Source: Candidatus Poribacteria bacterium (GTDB lineage Bacteria > Poribacteria > WGA-4E > GCA-2687025). Taken from it: a stretch of DNA of 64,000 nt. The notes below the pieces were generated by a model that saw only the letters and a list, made by a program, of their open reading frames with translations, searched no databases and had not been told where the DNA came from. The stretch spans positions 3,360,001 through 3,424,000 of the forward strand of contig OY762492.1 in the NCBI GenBank assembly GCA_963665845.2, in the 5' to 3' direction. Positions 1 through 11,020 of this stretch are shown here, piece by piece. The stretch's first letter is position 1. Every line of letters begins with the position of its first letter. The translations under genes were made by a program, and so were the position numbers.

Positions 1-389
1 CCACGCGCGACAAGGGCGGAACGCAGCGCCGTCACCCCGACCTCGCGCAGCGCCATGACCAGAAGCATCCAGAGCGGAATCAGCTCGCCCCAGCGTTCGA
101 ACGCAAAGAGCGTCCCAAGAATCAGCAGCTTGTCGGCGATCGGATCGGCGAATTTGCCAAAGTCGGTCACGCCGCGCTTGCGCGCAATCCGCCCGTCCAG
201 ATGGTCAGTCAACGCGGCAATCCCGAACAGTCCCAACGCCCCCAGATAGAACCAGACGGCGCTGCTCTCGGCAGTTTTTGCCCGATCATAACCGCGCATA
301 AAAAGCATCAGCAGAAACGGAATGATGCATATTCTGAGGATCGTGAGCGCGTTCGCCAGCCCTTTAGGCGTCCAAGTCGGTTTTTTCAT
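1..389 (-). CDS. pgsA: CDP-diacylglycerol--glycerol-3-phosphate 3-phosphatidyltransferase (3' end outside window)
   Basis: Manual minus-strand translation from ATG at 389: MKKPTWTPKGLANALTILRI...TDHLDGRIARKRGVTDFGKFADPIADKLL, the CDP-alcohol phosphotransferase motif; directly downstream of rimO, a common synteny. Confidence 0.9.
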   Translation of the reverse strand, partial: MKKPTWTPKGLANALTILRICIIPFLLMLFMRGYDRAKTAESSAVWFYLGALGLFGIAALTDHLDGRIARKRGVTDFGKFADPIADKLLILGTLFAFERWGELIPLWMLLVMALREVGVTALRSALVAR

Positions 390-417
390 TGATGCCTCGC
401 TTCATTGTGTCCCCACT

Positions 418-1794
418 TTATACCGGAACGGCGAGCAGGTCAAACTCGAACGCGTCCACGACGCGCGCATGAACGAACTCCCCGCAGGCAATATCGGCGG
501 AAGCCCCGCTGTTTTGGATCAGCGTCAGGTCATCGATTTCAGGCGCTTGCGACGCGGAACGCGCCTCAATCAGCGGCGTTCCCGGTCGGCGTCGATCCGC
601 CAATACTCTAAGCGTGTCGCCGACCCGCTTTAAGCGCATGCGCTTCGCTACTTCATACTGCGTCGCTGTCAGCTCCAGCATCCGCTCCTGCTTCGCCTTC
701 TCGCTGATCTGATTTGCCCATGTGGAGGAAGGCGTCCCGTCCTCCGGCGAGTACTCAAAGACGCCGCAATGTTCAAATTCAGACTCTACTATAAAATCGA
801 GCAGTTTGCCAAACGCCTCCTCCGTCTCGCCGGGGAAACCGACAATAAACGAGGTGCGCAGCGCCGCGTCGGGAATGCGGCGCCGAATGCGCTCGATCAA
901 GCGGCGGATGGACGCCTCGGAGGTTGCCCGCCCCATACGTCTTAATACGGCGTCGTCGATATGCTGAAGCGGTATGTCAAAATAGGCGCACACCTTCTCC
1001 TCCGACGCGGCGGTTTCAATGAGCGCGTCGTCCACGAGCGTCGGGTAAAGATACAGCATGCGTATCCACTCGATGCCGTCCACGCGCGCGAGCGACCGAA
1101 GCAGCTGCGGAAGCCTGCATTCGCCGTAAAGATCGCGCCCGTACCAGGTCGTGTCTTGGGAGATGAGAACCAGCTCCTTGACGCCCCCGATGGCGAGCTG
1201 CCGCGCTTCTTGCACAAGCGTTTCTATGGGGCGCGACACATATTTTCCCCTAAAGGACGGAATCGCGCAGAACGTGCAGCGGTGATCGCACCCTTCGCCG
1301 ATTTTTAAATAGGCGTAATGCATCGGCGTCAGCTGCAGGCGCGGAAACGGCTGCGTGTACTGATACGCCGGATGAGAAACCTTGATAACGCGCCGCTCCT
1401 CGACGCGCGTCTCTTGAATGACGCCGCCGATGTTCATAAACTCGCTTGTGCCGACGAAGGCGTCCGCTTCAGGCATCTCTTCAGAAAGCTCTTGGGCGTA
1501 ACGCTGCGCGAGGCATCCCGCCACAATGAGGCGGCGCGACGAGTCTTCCTCTTTCCAATGACCCGCTTCGATGATCGCGTCTATCGACTCCTCTTTCGCC
1601 TTGTCGATGAAGGCGCATGTGTTGACGACGACCGTATCGGCGGAGGCGGCGTTCTCGGTCAGCTCATACCCGTCCTGTTGAAGAATGCCCATCATCGCTT
1701 CAGAGTCAACCGTGTTTTTTGGACATCCAAGCGTGACGATTTTGACGCGCTCTCTGCTCTTCTTTTTTGCCAAAAGCGGAACCCTTTCTTTCAT
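418..1794 (-). CDS. rimO: Ribosomal protein S12 methylthiotransferase
   Basis: LGCPKNTVDSE, NTCAFID, radical SAM CDHRCTFC, APEIDD TRAM-type C-terminus. Confidence 0.95.
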   Translation of the reverse strand: MKERVPLLAKKKSRERVKIVTLGCPKNTVDSEAMMGILQQDGYELTENAASADTVVVNTCAFIDKAKEESIDAIIEAGHWKEEDSSRRLIVAGCLAQRYAQELSEEMPEADAFVGTSEFMNIGGVIQETRVEERRVIKVSHPAYQYTQPFPRLQLTPMHYAYLKIGEGCDHRCTFCAIPSFRGKYVSRPIETLVQEARQLAIGGVKELVLISQDTTWYGRDLYGECRLPQLLRSLARVDGIEWIRMLYLYPTLVDDALIETAASEEKVCAYFDIPLQHIDDAVLRRMGRATSEASIRRLIERIRRRIPDAALRTSFIVGFPGETEEAFGKLLDFIVESEFEHCGVFEYSPEDGTPSSTWANQISEKAKQERMLELTATQYEVAKRMRLKRVGDTLRVLADRRRPGTPLIEARSASQAPEIDDLTLIQNSGASADIACGEFVHARVVDAFEFDLLAVPV

Positions 1795-1807
1795 TTGCGG
1801 CGGAAAA

Positions 1808-3100
1808 CTAGGCGTTCAAATATTGACGGTAGATGTCGACCGTCGCCGCCGCCATCGCCTCGTCGTTGAACCGTTCACGGACCGCTTCGGCGCCTTGCCG
1901 CCCCAGCTGTTCCCGTTCGTCTGGATGGTCGCGCAGATGCGTCAACGCTTCCTCCGCCGCCTCCGCGGAATTCGGCTCAAACAGAATTCCGCCGCCCGCC
2001 GTTTCGATCATCTCCGGGAAGGCGCCGTGTCGGGGAACGGCGGCGGGCGTCCCGTTCGCCATCGCCTCCAGCGCGTACAACCCCTTCGGATCGCGGTAGA
2101 CAGCCGGAACGCACAGCGCATGCGCCGACCGCAGCAGCCGTATTTTTTCGGGGCGGGTCACTTCGCCATGCCACTCAAACGACGCTCTCAACCCCGCGCT
2201 TTCGATCCGCTCAACCTGATTCCGAAAATACGGCTCATCCCGTTTGCCGAGATAACCCGCCGCTTTCAGCTTCAGTTCAGAGCCGCCCAGCTTCGTTGCC
2301 ATCGACAGAAACGCCTCAACCAGCAGATGAAACCCTTTTTCAGGACACATGCGCGCCAGATAAGCGATCGTGAACGGGCCGCTGTCGGACGGCGGCTCCC
2401 CCTCGCCATGCCCCTCCATACGAATACCAAGCGGGACGACATGGAACTTCTCCCGCGGCGCGTTCAGCGACTTGGACATGTAATCGGCGTAATAGTCGCA
2501 CGGCGCGATGAACCCGTCCAGATCCTGCGCCCGCTCCTGAAGAAGCGCGAACGCCTCGTCCCTGTACGGCTCGATCAGATCCTCTAAAAAAATGTCCTCC
2601 CCCTGAACGGCGCACAGAACGGGAACGCCCGTCCTTTCTTTGATGAGCCGCGCAAATCCGACATACATCGAATTCGTCAGTTGAACAATCTCCGGCTTCG
2701 GCTCGATCAGCATCCAGTCGATCAGCTTTTCCAGCTCGGGGCGTTGGACGCCTTCTTCTCCTTTTAAAGTAGAGACGGTCAGCGCGCCCAGCTCCTGCGC
2801 GTTCGTAGAGGTACTGAAACGGGAGATGAAATTCAACAGCGCGGGCGAATCGAGCAGGTTATGGATAAACGCCGGCGCGCGGCGATACAGCCGGCTTTTC
2901 AGACGAAGATAGACGTTCATACCGCCGAAGAAAACGCGGTTGACGCTCACATCCTCCTCGTCGGTGCGTATCGGGGTGTAGGTCGGCATGAGCGTTACCT
3001 CATGCCCCTGACGCATCATGGCGGCGGCAAGCGTGTTGTCATGAATGCAGGAGCCGCACAGCATGCCGGCGGCTCCCGCGGCGATGTAAGCGATCCTCAT
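1808..3100 (-). CDS. Glycosyltransferase family 4 protein
   Basis: GT-B motifs ARMCPEKG and KGLYALEAMANGTP; N-terminal GAAGMLCGSC. Confidence 0.85.
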   Translation of the reverse strand: MRIAYIAAGAAGMLCGSCIHDNTLAAAMMRQGHEVTLMPTYTPIRTDEEDVSVNRVFFGGMNVYLRLKSRLYRRAPAFIHNLLDSPALLNFISRFSTSTNAQELGALTVSTLKGEEGVQRPELEKLIDWMLIEPKPEIVQLTNSMYVGFARLIKERTGVPVLCAVQGEDIFLEDLIEPYRDEAFALLQERAQDLDGFIAPCDYYADYMSKSLNAPREKFHVVPLGIRMEGHGEGEPPSDSGPFTIAYLARMCPEKGFHLLVEAFLSMATKLGGSELKLKAAGYLGKRDEPYFRNQVERIESAGLRASFEWHGEVTRPEKIRLLRSAHALCVPAVYRDPKGLYALEAMANGTPAAVPRHGAFPEMIETAGGGILFEPNSAEAAEEALTHLRDHPDEREQLGRQGAEAVRERFNDEAMAAATVDIYRQYLNA

Positions 3101-3101
3101 C

Positions 3102-4556
3102 TCACTCCTTCGCTTCGGGGAAGAAACGCGCGAGCCGCTCCTCGCCGGGCGGCTGCGTCAACAGCGAGACGACAATCATCGCCAGCGCCGACGCGGCGAA
3201 CATGGCGGTCACCGGCATGACGCCTGACTCATAGAAGGTGTACTCCTTGCCGCCCTGATAGAAAAACAGGACCAGCCAGGAAGCGATCACCGTCGCGACA
3301 GACGCCAACGCGCCCCATTTGGTGCTGCGTTTCCAGAAGAGAGCCGCGATGACAACTGGGAACAGAGACGCGAACCCTGAAAAGCACCAGATGCCCAACC
3401 CAAAGATGCTGCGCGGCGTGAACTGCGCCAAAAGGAACGTAGCCCCCAGAACGACCGCCAAAAAGACGCGCCCGATCATCACCTGCTGCTTGTCGTCCAT
3501 CTCGCCCTTGCGGTAATGCTTCACGATGTCGTTCGTGAACATGCTGCCGATGGAGAGCGCCTGCGAGTCGAGCGAGGACATGATCGCCGCAAAGACGCCC
3601 GCGCACAGCAGACCCGCCAACACGCCCGGCGTGTACTGATTGATCATCTGTATCAAGACGTAATTGGACTGCGGGCCTTTGAGACCCGCAAAGTCGACCG
3701 TCCCTAAGACGCCCAGCAGGACGCTCGGTATCCACACCGCGGCGATGCAGACAGGGTAGAGCATGAGCGGGCGCTTGAAGGTGGACGCTTTCTCGGCGGT
3801 GAGCCAGTGCATGAACATATGCGGGAACATGCCGACCGAGAGCGGAATGAAGGTGTAGGTGAGAAGGTGAAGCGGCTGGAAGTTGCCCTCCCGCACCAGG
3901 TATTTTTCGTTCACCTTGTTGAGCGCGTCTTGAAGCCCGCCCATGTTTTTCACAATCACATAGACCGTCACGCCGCCCAGTATCATGAAGACGAGCGTTT
4001 GGAAGGCGTTTGCCCATGCGGTTCCGCGCAAACCTCCAAAGCAGACGTAAGCGAAGACGACAGCCGTCACGAGCGCGCCGCCGACCCATTGAGGAACATC
4101 CCCGCCGGTGATGCGGTTGAGCGCGCCGCCGCCGCCCATGACGCCGATGAGCAGATACGGTATCAGAAGGAGAACGACGACGATAAAGAGCAGCAGACCG
4201 ACCATGTCGGAACCCCAGCGGTCGCGCACAAACTGGATCTGCGTCAGGTAGCCATGTTTTTTGCCGAGCGCCCAGACGCGCGTCCCGACAAAGAAAAAGA
4301 CGGCTGGAATGACAATGGCGGAGATGGAGGGCATCAAGGCGAAGACGCCGATACCTTCATGGTACGCCTTGCCGGAGCCGCCGAGAATGGCGAACGCCGT
4401 CATGTTCGTCCCGAAGAGCGACATCAAAAGAAAGAAAGGGCCGATGGTGCGGCTTGCGACGAAGTAATCTTCGCCGGTGCGCCGGAAGAGGCGGTTGCTC
4501 ATGCTCCCAACGAGCAGAACAAGCGCGAGATAGATGATGATAATGGTCAGCGTCAT
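3102..4556 (-). CDS. Sodium:solute symporter family protein (PanF/PutP-like)
   Basis: Many TM segments; EDYFVASR, GGLRGTAWANAFQ, AAIMSSLDSQ motifs. Confidence 0.93.
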   Translation of the reverse strand: MTLTIIIIYLALVLLVGSMSNRLFRRTGEDYFVASRTIGPFFLLMSLFGTNMTAFAILGGSGKAYHEGIGVFALMPSISAIVIPAVFFFVGTRVWALGKKHGYLTQIQFVRDRWGSDMVGLLLFIVVVLLLIPYLLIGVMGGGGALNRITGGDVPQWVGGALVTAVVFAYVCFGGLRGTAWANAFQTLVFMILGGVTVYVIVKNMGGLQDALNKVNEKYLVREGNFQPLHLLTYTFIPLSVGMFPHMFMHWLTAEKASTFKRPLMLYPVCIAAVWIPSVLLGVLGTVDFAGLKGPQSNYVLIQMINQYTPGVLAGLLCAGVFAAIMSSLDSQALSIGSMFTNDIVKHYRKGEMDDKQQVMIGRVFLAVVLGATFLLAQFTPRSIFGLGIWCFSGFASLFPVVIAALFWKRSTKWGALASVATVIASWLVLFFYQGGKEYTFYESGVMPVTAMFAASALAMIVVSLLTQPPGEERLARFFPEAKE

Positions 4557-4768
4557 TCGGGCGCGTCCGTTTCTTCTTCGTCCTCAAGGGACGGGGGCCA
4601 AGCGAATTTGACAAGCAGCGTCATCATGACGGAGCCTGCAACGCAGTAAAGAATGTGGTAGGTGAATCCGATCGGAAGTCCCAGGACGCGCCGCGCGTCG
4701 TCCCAGTACCAGAGGTCGTTGTGAAGCAGGATCAGCGCAGCCAGCGCTAGGTAAAGCAGTATTTTCAT
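4553..4768 (-). CDS. DUF3311-like small membrane protein (symporter accessory)
   Basis: 71 aa, LHNDLWYW...LGLPIGF, two TM helices, 4-bp overlap with the symporter start. Confidence 0.8.
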   Translation of the reverse strand: MKILLYLALAALILLHNDLWYWDDARRVLGLPIGFTYHILYCVAGSVMMTLLVKFAWPPSLEDEEETDAPE

Positions 4769-4835
4769 ATCGCATATCCTCCCGTGCGGAGATATTTATA
4801 CCACAGCGCGCCGAGCGATTCAAGCGGCAAAAGCG

Positions 4836-5056
4836 GTACGCTTATACGGAGGTTTTCATTTTAACCCTAAAAGCGTCTGCGTCGCCGGTCGTCATTCCCG
4901 CGCAAGCGGGAATCCAGAGTCTACCCTTGCGGCTAAAACCCCCAGCCCCCTTTTCAAGGGGGGGAGTCCAGAAACCGCGCCCCAACCGCTGTTATTGGGC
5001 TATTCGTTCCCCGCTTCCGCGAGGACATGCATTCCCGCGCAAGCGGGAATCCAGAG
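4836..5056. repeat. Composite intergenic palindromic repeat cluster
   Basis: GTACGCTTATACGG at 4836; GTCATTCCCGCGCAAGCGGGAATCC at 4891 and a related copy at ~5030; CCCCCAGCCCCCTTTTCAAGGGGG at ~4939. Confidence 0.85.
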
Positions 5057-5139
5057 TTTTCCCATAGAGCCTTCGCATTCCAAAACAGCGCTCTAAAATC
5101 GAAATCATCGCCTATAGAGACTGCCATATCTGCCGCCCG

Positions 5140-5167
5140 TTGACGGCTGCTCAAAAACGTCTATAAT
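5140..5167 (+). promoter_or_regulatory. Putative sigma70 promoter of first WD40 gene
   Basis: TTGACG-N16-TATAAT, followed by RBS AAGGAG and ATG at 5204. Confidence 0.55.
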
Positions 5168-5203
5168 CAACATGAAAGCGAAATGCGCAGAAAGGAGTAA
5201 CCC

Positions 5204-6259
5204 ATGAACGCGTATCGAAACCGAGTCGTCATGACGGCGGTCGCGGCGGCGCTGCTCATGGGTAACGCCCGCGCGCATGAAGACGCCGTTTCCTATCCCA
5301 GCGTCATGCTGATTGGACATACCGCGTCCGTTCGGGCGGTTGCGTTCTCGCCGGACGGCAAGACGCTTGCCAGCGGCAGTTTCGACGCGACGATTCGGCT
5401 GCGGGACGTCAGCGCCTATAAAGCGACAGCGTTGAAAGGGCATGAATACGGCGTGTACTGCCTCGCCTATTCGCCGGACGGCAAGAGGCTCGTCAGCGGC
5501 GGCATCGATTCGACGGCGCGCGTCTGGGATCCGAAAACAGGCAAAACCATCCAAACCTACGCGGAGCATCGAAACACGATCATGCGCATTGCGTACTCCC
5601 CTGACGGAAAAAAGATTGTCAGCGGCGATCTTGATGGTACCGTCCATCTTTGGAAGGTCGGCGCGGGAGAGACGATCCATCGCTGGAGCGTTGAAGCGGA
5701 AGACGAGAAGGAAAAGAACAGCTATATCCAAGCGATTGCGTATTCGCCGGACGGCAAAACGATCGCCGCCAGCCGAGGCGTATGGGAATCGGTCATCCTC
5801 CTATGGGATTCAGAGACGGGCGAGTTGAAACGAACCTTCACGGCGCATCGTTCGGACGTCAACGCCGTTCAGTTTTCGCCCGACGGAAAGTTCATCGCCA
5901 GCGCCGGCGGCAACGCCGTTTTGGTCTGGGGCGTCAACACTGATCAGAAGTTCAAGATTCAGGTCAACCCGCAGGACAAGCCTGATCAGAAGTTGAGCGA
6001 TCGGATTTACGCCTTGGCGTATTCGCCGGACGGCAAGACGCTCGCCAGCGGAGGAGCCGACACCATCATACGCCTTTGGGACCTTGAAACAGGGCTTTTG
6101 AAGGCGGAGCTGGAGGGGCATACGGGAACGGTCTATTCGCTCGCGTTCTCGCCGGACGGCAAGACGCTCGCCAGCGGCGCAGGGCAGACGCAATGGAATC
6201 GCCCCAAAGACCATACGGTACGCCTCTGGCGTCTAGACGAAAACGGCGGCGGGAGTTGA
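5204..6259 (+). CDS. Secreted WD40-repeat beta-propeller protein
   Basis: Signal peptide (ARA cleavage motif); about 7 GH...AFSPDGKTLASG...W repeats. Confidence 0.93.
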   Translation: MNAYRNRVVMTAVAAALLMGNARAHEDAVSYPSVMLIGHTASVRAVAFSPDGKTLASGSFDATIRLRDVSAYKATALKGHEYGVYCLAYSPDGKRLVSGGIDSTARVWDPKTGKTIQTYAEHRNTIMRIAYSPDGKKIVSGDLDGTVHLWKVGAGETIHRWSVEAEDEKEKNSYIQAIAYSPDGKTIAASRGVWESVILLWDSETGELKRTFTAHRSDVNAVQFSPDGKFIASAGGNAVLVWGVNTDQKFKIQVNPQDKPDQKLSDRIYALAYSPDGKTLASGGADTIIRLWDLETGLLKAELEGHTGTVYSLAFSPDGKTLASGAGQTQWNRPKDHTVRLWRLDENGGGS

Positions 6260-6316
6260 CCGACAGACAGCGTATCATCAACATGAGACGTAAGGCGCAG
6301 AGATTAGGAGACATCC

Positions 6317-7387
6317 ATGAAAGCATTTTGGAATCGAGCAGTCATGACAGCGGCCGCGGCGGCGCTGCTGGCGCTCAACGCGCAGGCGCACAACCCCCCG
6401 GAATCCTACCGAAGCTCCATCTTGATTGGGCATACGGGGACTGTTCGGGCGGTCGCGTTCTCGCCAGACGGCAGGACGCTTGCCAGCGGCAGCTTCGACG
6501 CGACGATTCGGCTGCGGGATATGAACGACTATAGGGCGGCAACGCTGAAAGGGCATGAATACGTCGTGAACTGCCTTGCATATTCCCCGGATGGGAAGAC
6601 GCTCGCCAGCGGCGGCGGCGGCGACGCAGCAGCGCGCGTCTGGAACGTAGCGACTGGAGAGACCGTCCAAACCTATACCGGCCATGAAAACGCGGTAACG
6701 AGCCTTGCATATTCCCCTGACGGCAAAACGATCGTCACCGGCAGCTACGATAAGACGATCCATCTATGGAAGGTCGGCTCTGGACAGGTCGTCCATAGCT
6801 GGAACTTCAAATCGGAAGATAAAGAGGACGACAAGAATACCCGCACAAACGAGGTACATAAGGTCGCGTTCTCACCGGATGGCAGCATCATCGCCGGCTG
6901 CATCGAAGGAAAGACGTCGCCAGTTTATCTATGGGACGCCGAAACCGGCGAAACAAAACGAACCTTCCATGAGCATCAGGATGACGTGAACGACTTTGTA
7001 TTCTCGCCCGACGGAAAGTTCATCGCCAGCGCCGGCGACGACGAAGGCAAAATACTGGTCTGGGGCGTCGAAACCGACCAGATGATCGTTCTCCAAATCG
7101 ACCCTTCGGAAATACAGAGCGTCTATGCGAGCGCCGATATTCTGTCCTTGGCGTTTTCGCCGGACGGCAAGACGATCGCCAGCGGCGGACGCGACTATTT
7201 CGTACGTTTGTGGGATGTCGAAACGGGCGCCTTGAAGGCGAAACTGGCTGGTCATACAGGCGTTGTTAACTCGCTCGCGTTCTCGCCGGACGGCAAGACG
7301 CTTGCCAGCGCCGGCGGCATCTCGCAGAACCCCAATCAACGCGACGACAGAACCGTTCGTATATGGAACCTGACCGAAGGCGAGTGA
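6317..7387 (+). CDS. Secreted WD40-repeat protein, tandem paralogue of 5204..6259
   Basis: Signal peptide (AQA); near-identical first blades (LIGHT..VRAVAFSPDG.TLASGSFDATIRLRD). Confidence 0.93.
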   Translation: MKAFWNRAVMTAAAAALLALNAQAHNPPESYRSSILIGHTGTVRAVAFSPDGRTLASGSFDATIRLRDMNDYRAATLKGHEYVVNCLAYSPDGKTLASGGGGDAAARVWNVATGETVQTYTGHENAVTSLAYSPDGKTIVTGSYDKTIHLWKVGSGQVVHSWNFKSEDKEDDKNTRTNEVHKVAFSPDGSIIAGCIEGKTSPVYLWDAETGETKRTFHEHQDDVNDFVFSPDGKFIASAGDDEGKILVWGVETDQMIVLQIDPSEIQSVYASADILSLAFSPDGKTIASGGRDYFVRLWDVETGALKAKLAGHTGVVNSLAFSPDGKTLASAGGISQNPNQRDDRTVRIWNLTEGE

Positions 7388-7390
7388 ACG

Positions 7391-8721
7391 ATGCATAAAG
7401 CGGCGCGTCCATTTTTAAAACGAGCGCGGATGCGGGCTGCCTTGCGCGGCGCGTTATACGGTTCTTTTCTCGGCTCTGCGGCTCTTTTTGCCGCGTTGAC
7501 GGCTGGACGGCTCATGCGTTTTCCGTCCGCTTTTTTAGGCGCGGCGCTGTTTATAGCATGCGCCGCTGTCGGCGCCGTTTTCTTTTTTAAAAAAGCGCGC
7601 CGCGCGCCGCCGACACTGGCGGAAATCGACCGCTTTTACGACCTGAAAGACCGCGTCCAGACCGCCTACGCGCTTGAAACGGACGGCGCCTCTACGCCTA
7701 TGGAAGAAGCGCAGATCGCCGACGCGGTGGAGCGGCTCTCCAACGCGGACGCGAAGGCATGGATTCGGCGCCTCTTGCCGCGCTGGGCGTGGATGCCGCC
7801 GTGCGCGCTGATTCTGGCGTGCGCTCCGCTGCTGACGCCTCCGCCCGCGCCCGACCCAAACGCGATGACCGACAACGAACGTACCGCCGCGCTTGAAGTT
7901 GCCAACGCCCTCTCCATGGACAGCGAAGCTCATCAAAAGCTGAAACGCGCCGAGACGCTCCGCGAAGCGTTTGCGGCGCTGGCGGAGGCAGAAAAGCGGG
8001 CTGAAGAGGCGGCGCAAAGCGCGGAGGCTCTTGCGGCGGCGCAAAAAATACTGGCGCAAGACAAGCCGCTTTCAGACGCCCTGCGCGGCGCGGCGGCGGA
8101 CCCTCCTCCCGACATCGCCGAACGGCTGCGCGCCCTGCGCGACGCGCTCGCCTCCAACCGGTCGGCGGGGGCGGTTTTGGACGCGCTTGACGGCATCGAA
8201 ACGGCGGCCGTCTCGGCGGCGAAGCTGAACGCCATCGCCGACGCGCTGCGTCAACTGGAACAGCGCGCCGACCCGAACGCCGCCGACACCTTGAAACGCA
8301 TACGGGCGCAGAAACGCAAACTTGCCGCCGCCGCTCTCAACGCTCCCCCTCAAAACGGCAGCCGAAGCGGACAGACCGCCGGCGGAAACAACGCAGGTAC
8401 CGATCACGACAACAACCCTTCCGCGCGGACGCCGGCAGCTCTTCCTGAAGAGGCGCCTCAAAACAGCGCGCAGCTCCTTTTAGAAACGTTGGAAAACGCC
8501 GGCGCGCGCCAAGAGACGGTCTACTCTTCCAAAAAAGAGAGCGGAAAACCGAACGCAGAACCAGAACTGCTTCCGTTCAAACAGGTTGCGCTGAACGCAT
8601 CCCGCGCCGCCCTGGAAAACGCGGACGCGGAAGCCGTCAACTCCGAGAGGCTCCCCGCCGCTTACCGCGACCGCATTCGAAGATATTTCAAGGCGGTCGA
8701 AGCGGCGGCGCGGAACATGCC

Positions 8722-8725
<4 letters not shown>
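7391..8725 (+). CDS. MoxR-associated membrane/coiled-coil hypothetical protein
   Basis: N-terminal TMs, IDRFYDLKDRVQTA, Ala-rich helical region, C-terminal LPAAYRDRIRRYF; 4-bp overlap with the MoxR gene. Confidence 0.7.
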
Positions 8726-9708
<983 letters not shown>

Positions 9709-9766
9709 ACTTTCCCTTGAAAATGGGGCTGGGGGAGGGTTTGAGCGCGGGTTGCGCTTATCTTTT

Positions 9767-9837
9767 GAACTAAGATTGAAGGATGATTAAGATTGCCAAG
9801 ACAGCGGCTCGCGAGAATTTCTTGGGAATCCTAGTTC
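9767..9837. repeat. GAACTA(G/A)GATT...AATCCTAGTTC palindromic element, copy 1
   Basis: Inverted termini with an internal AAGATTGCCAAGA unit; related copy at 50439-50527. Confidence 0.75.
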
Positions 9838-9850
9838 CGACAACGGCGAA

Positions 9851-10015
9851 GATTCCCGCTTGCGCGGGAATGACGCCGGGCGGCAAGACGCCTAAGATTC
9901 CCGTTTTCACGGGAATGACGCCGGGCGGCGGCAAGACGCCTAAGATTCCCGTTTTCGCGGGAATGACGCCGGGCGGCGGCAAGACGCCTAAGATTTCCGC
10001 TTGCGCGGGAATGAC
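9851..10015. repeat. Four tandem REP-like palindromes (GATTCCC-N8-GGGAATGAC)
   Basis: Copies start at 9851, 9896, 9944, 9992 (period 45/48/48) with near-identical linker GCCGGGCGGC(GGC)AAGACGCCTAA. Confidence 0.9.
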
Positions 10016-10048
10016 GACGGGCGGCGCATGCGCGTACTGCCTTCTAGG

Positions 10049-11011
10049 TTATTTCTTTTTCTTCCTGAATATATCTTTTCCGGTAATCCAAACAAAGAAA
10101 TAGAGCAGTGCGAACATCCCAGCGAACTCAATGACGCACAATAGAGTCGCGTTCAACGGGCGGCCTACGCCCGCTTCGATCAACAGCAGCGCTATTTTTC
10201 CGCCGTCCAGCGGCGGTATCGGCAGCAGGTTGAACGCTCCCAGCGCGACGCTGATCCCGCCGGTCAGCAGGCAGAGAAAAGTCAACCATGACCAGCCCCC
10301 TGTCACCTCTTTTTGAGTCTCGTTGACAATGCCGATCATCTCGCGAAGCGAATCGGTCGATTCCTTGCGCGCGATAGCGCTTCTCATGCTGGCGGCAAAG
10401 GTCTCTTTAAGAATGCCTGCGGTCATTGAAACGGTCTCGACAGAGGATGAGTCGGATTTGTCCCGCTCTGGAGGCGGAGGGGGGCCGTCGGATTCATTCT
10501 CTGCGGGTCCGACAGGGGGCAATTCGGATATTTTCCACTGCGGCGGCGGGGAGTCGGCGGTTTCATTCTCCATCGACAGCTTCCTCTTCTTTTTCTTTCC
10601 CGCCGAATCTAACTTGTTGAAAAGCGCGACGGCTGCGAACAACAGAGCCGCGAACAGAACGCTGCTGATCGGACCCGCGCCGATTGCCGTCAACCGCTTC
10701 CAGACGGGCTGCGACTTGAAAGGCGTCTCTCCTTGCTCAACCTTGCCAGGAAAACGCACATATCCGCCCGCCGGAATCCAGGAGAGACAGTATTCCGTGC
10801 CGCCGATCTCTGTTTTAAACAGAATAGGTCCAAAGCCGACAGAAAAGCGGTCTGCATGGATTCCGACCGCTTTTCCAGCAAGCAGATGCCCAAACTCATG
10901 GGCGCTCACCGCCGCGCTCAACATGAGCAGCGCCGCAAGGATCTTCAACAAACCCAACGCCCAACGCCGCAGCGTCCGCTCGTCAGAAGCGCGGGGGTCG
11001 GTCGAGTTCAT
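10049..11011 (-). CDS. Site-2 protease (M50) paralogue without PDZ domain
   Basis: HEFGH zinc motif, FSVGFGP, IPAGGYVRF, NLLPIPPLDGG; Lys/Pro/acidic low-complexity stretch where PDZ is expected. Confidence 0.85.
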   Translation of the reverse strand: MNSTDPRASDERTLRRWALGLLKILAALLMLSAAVSAHEFGHLLAGKAVGIHADRFSVGFGPILFKTEIGGTEYCLSWIPAGGYVRFPGKVEQGETPFKSQPVWKRLTAIGAGPISSVLFAALLFAAVALFNKLDSAGKKKKRKLSMENETADSPPPQWKISELPPVGPAENESDGPPPPPERDKSDSSSVETVSMTAGILKETFAASMRSAIARKESTDSLREMIGIVNETQKEVTGGWSWLTFLCLLTGGISVALGAFNLLPIPPLDGGKIALLLIEAGVGRPLNATLLCVIEFAGMFALLYFFVWITGKDIFRKKKK

Positions 11012-11020
11012 GCGGTTGAT

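Noticed and set aside
9851-10015. Possible CRISPR array (regularly spaced palindromic repeats)
   Set aside because: Spacers are near-identical and only 21-24 bp, the repeat is the dispersed REP found across the window, and there are no cas genes
9770-10103. Small ORFs with KIPACAGMT / VIPAKTGI / RHSRASGN repeats (also near 22111, 50177, 54016)
   Set aside because: Translations of the REP palindromes rather than real genes
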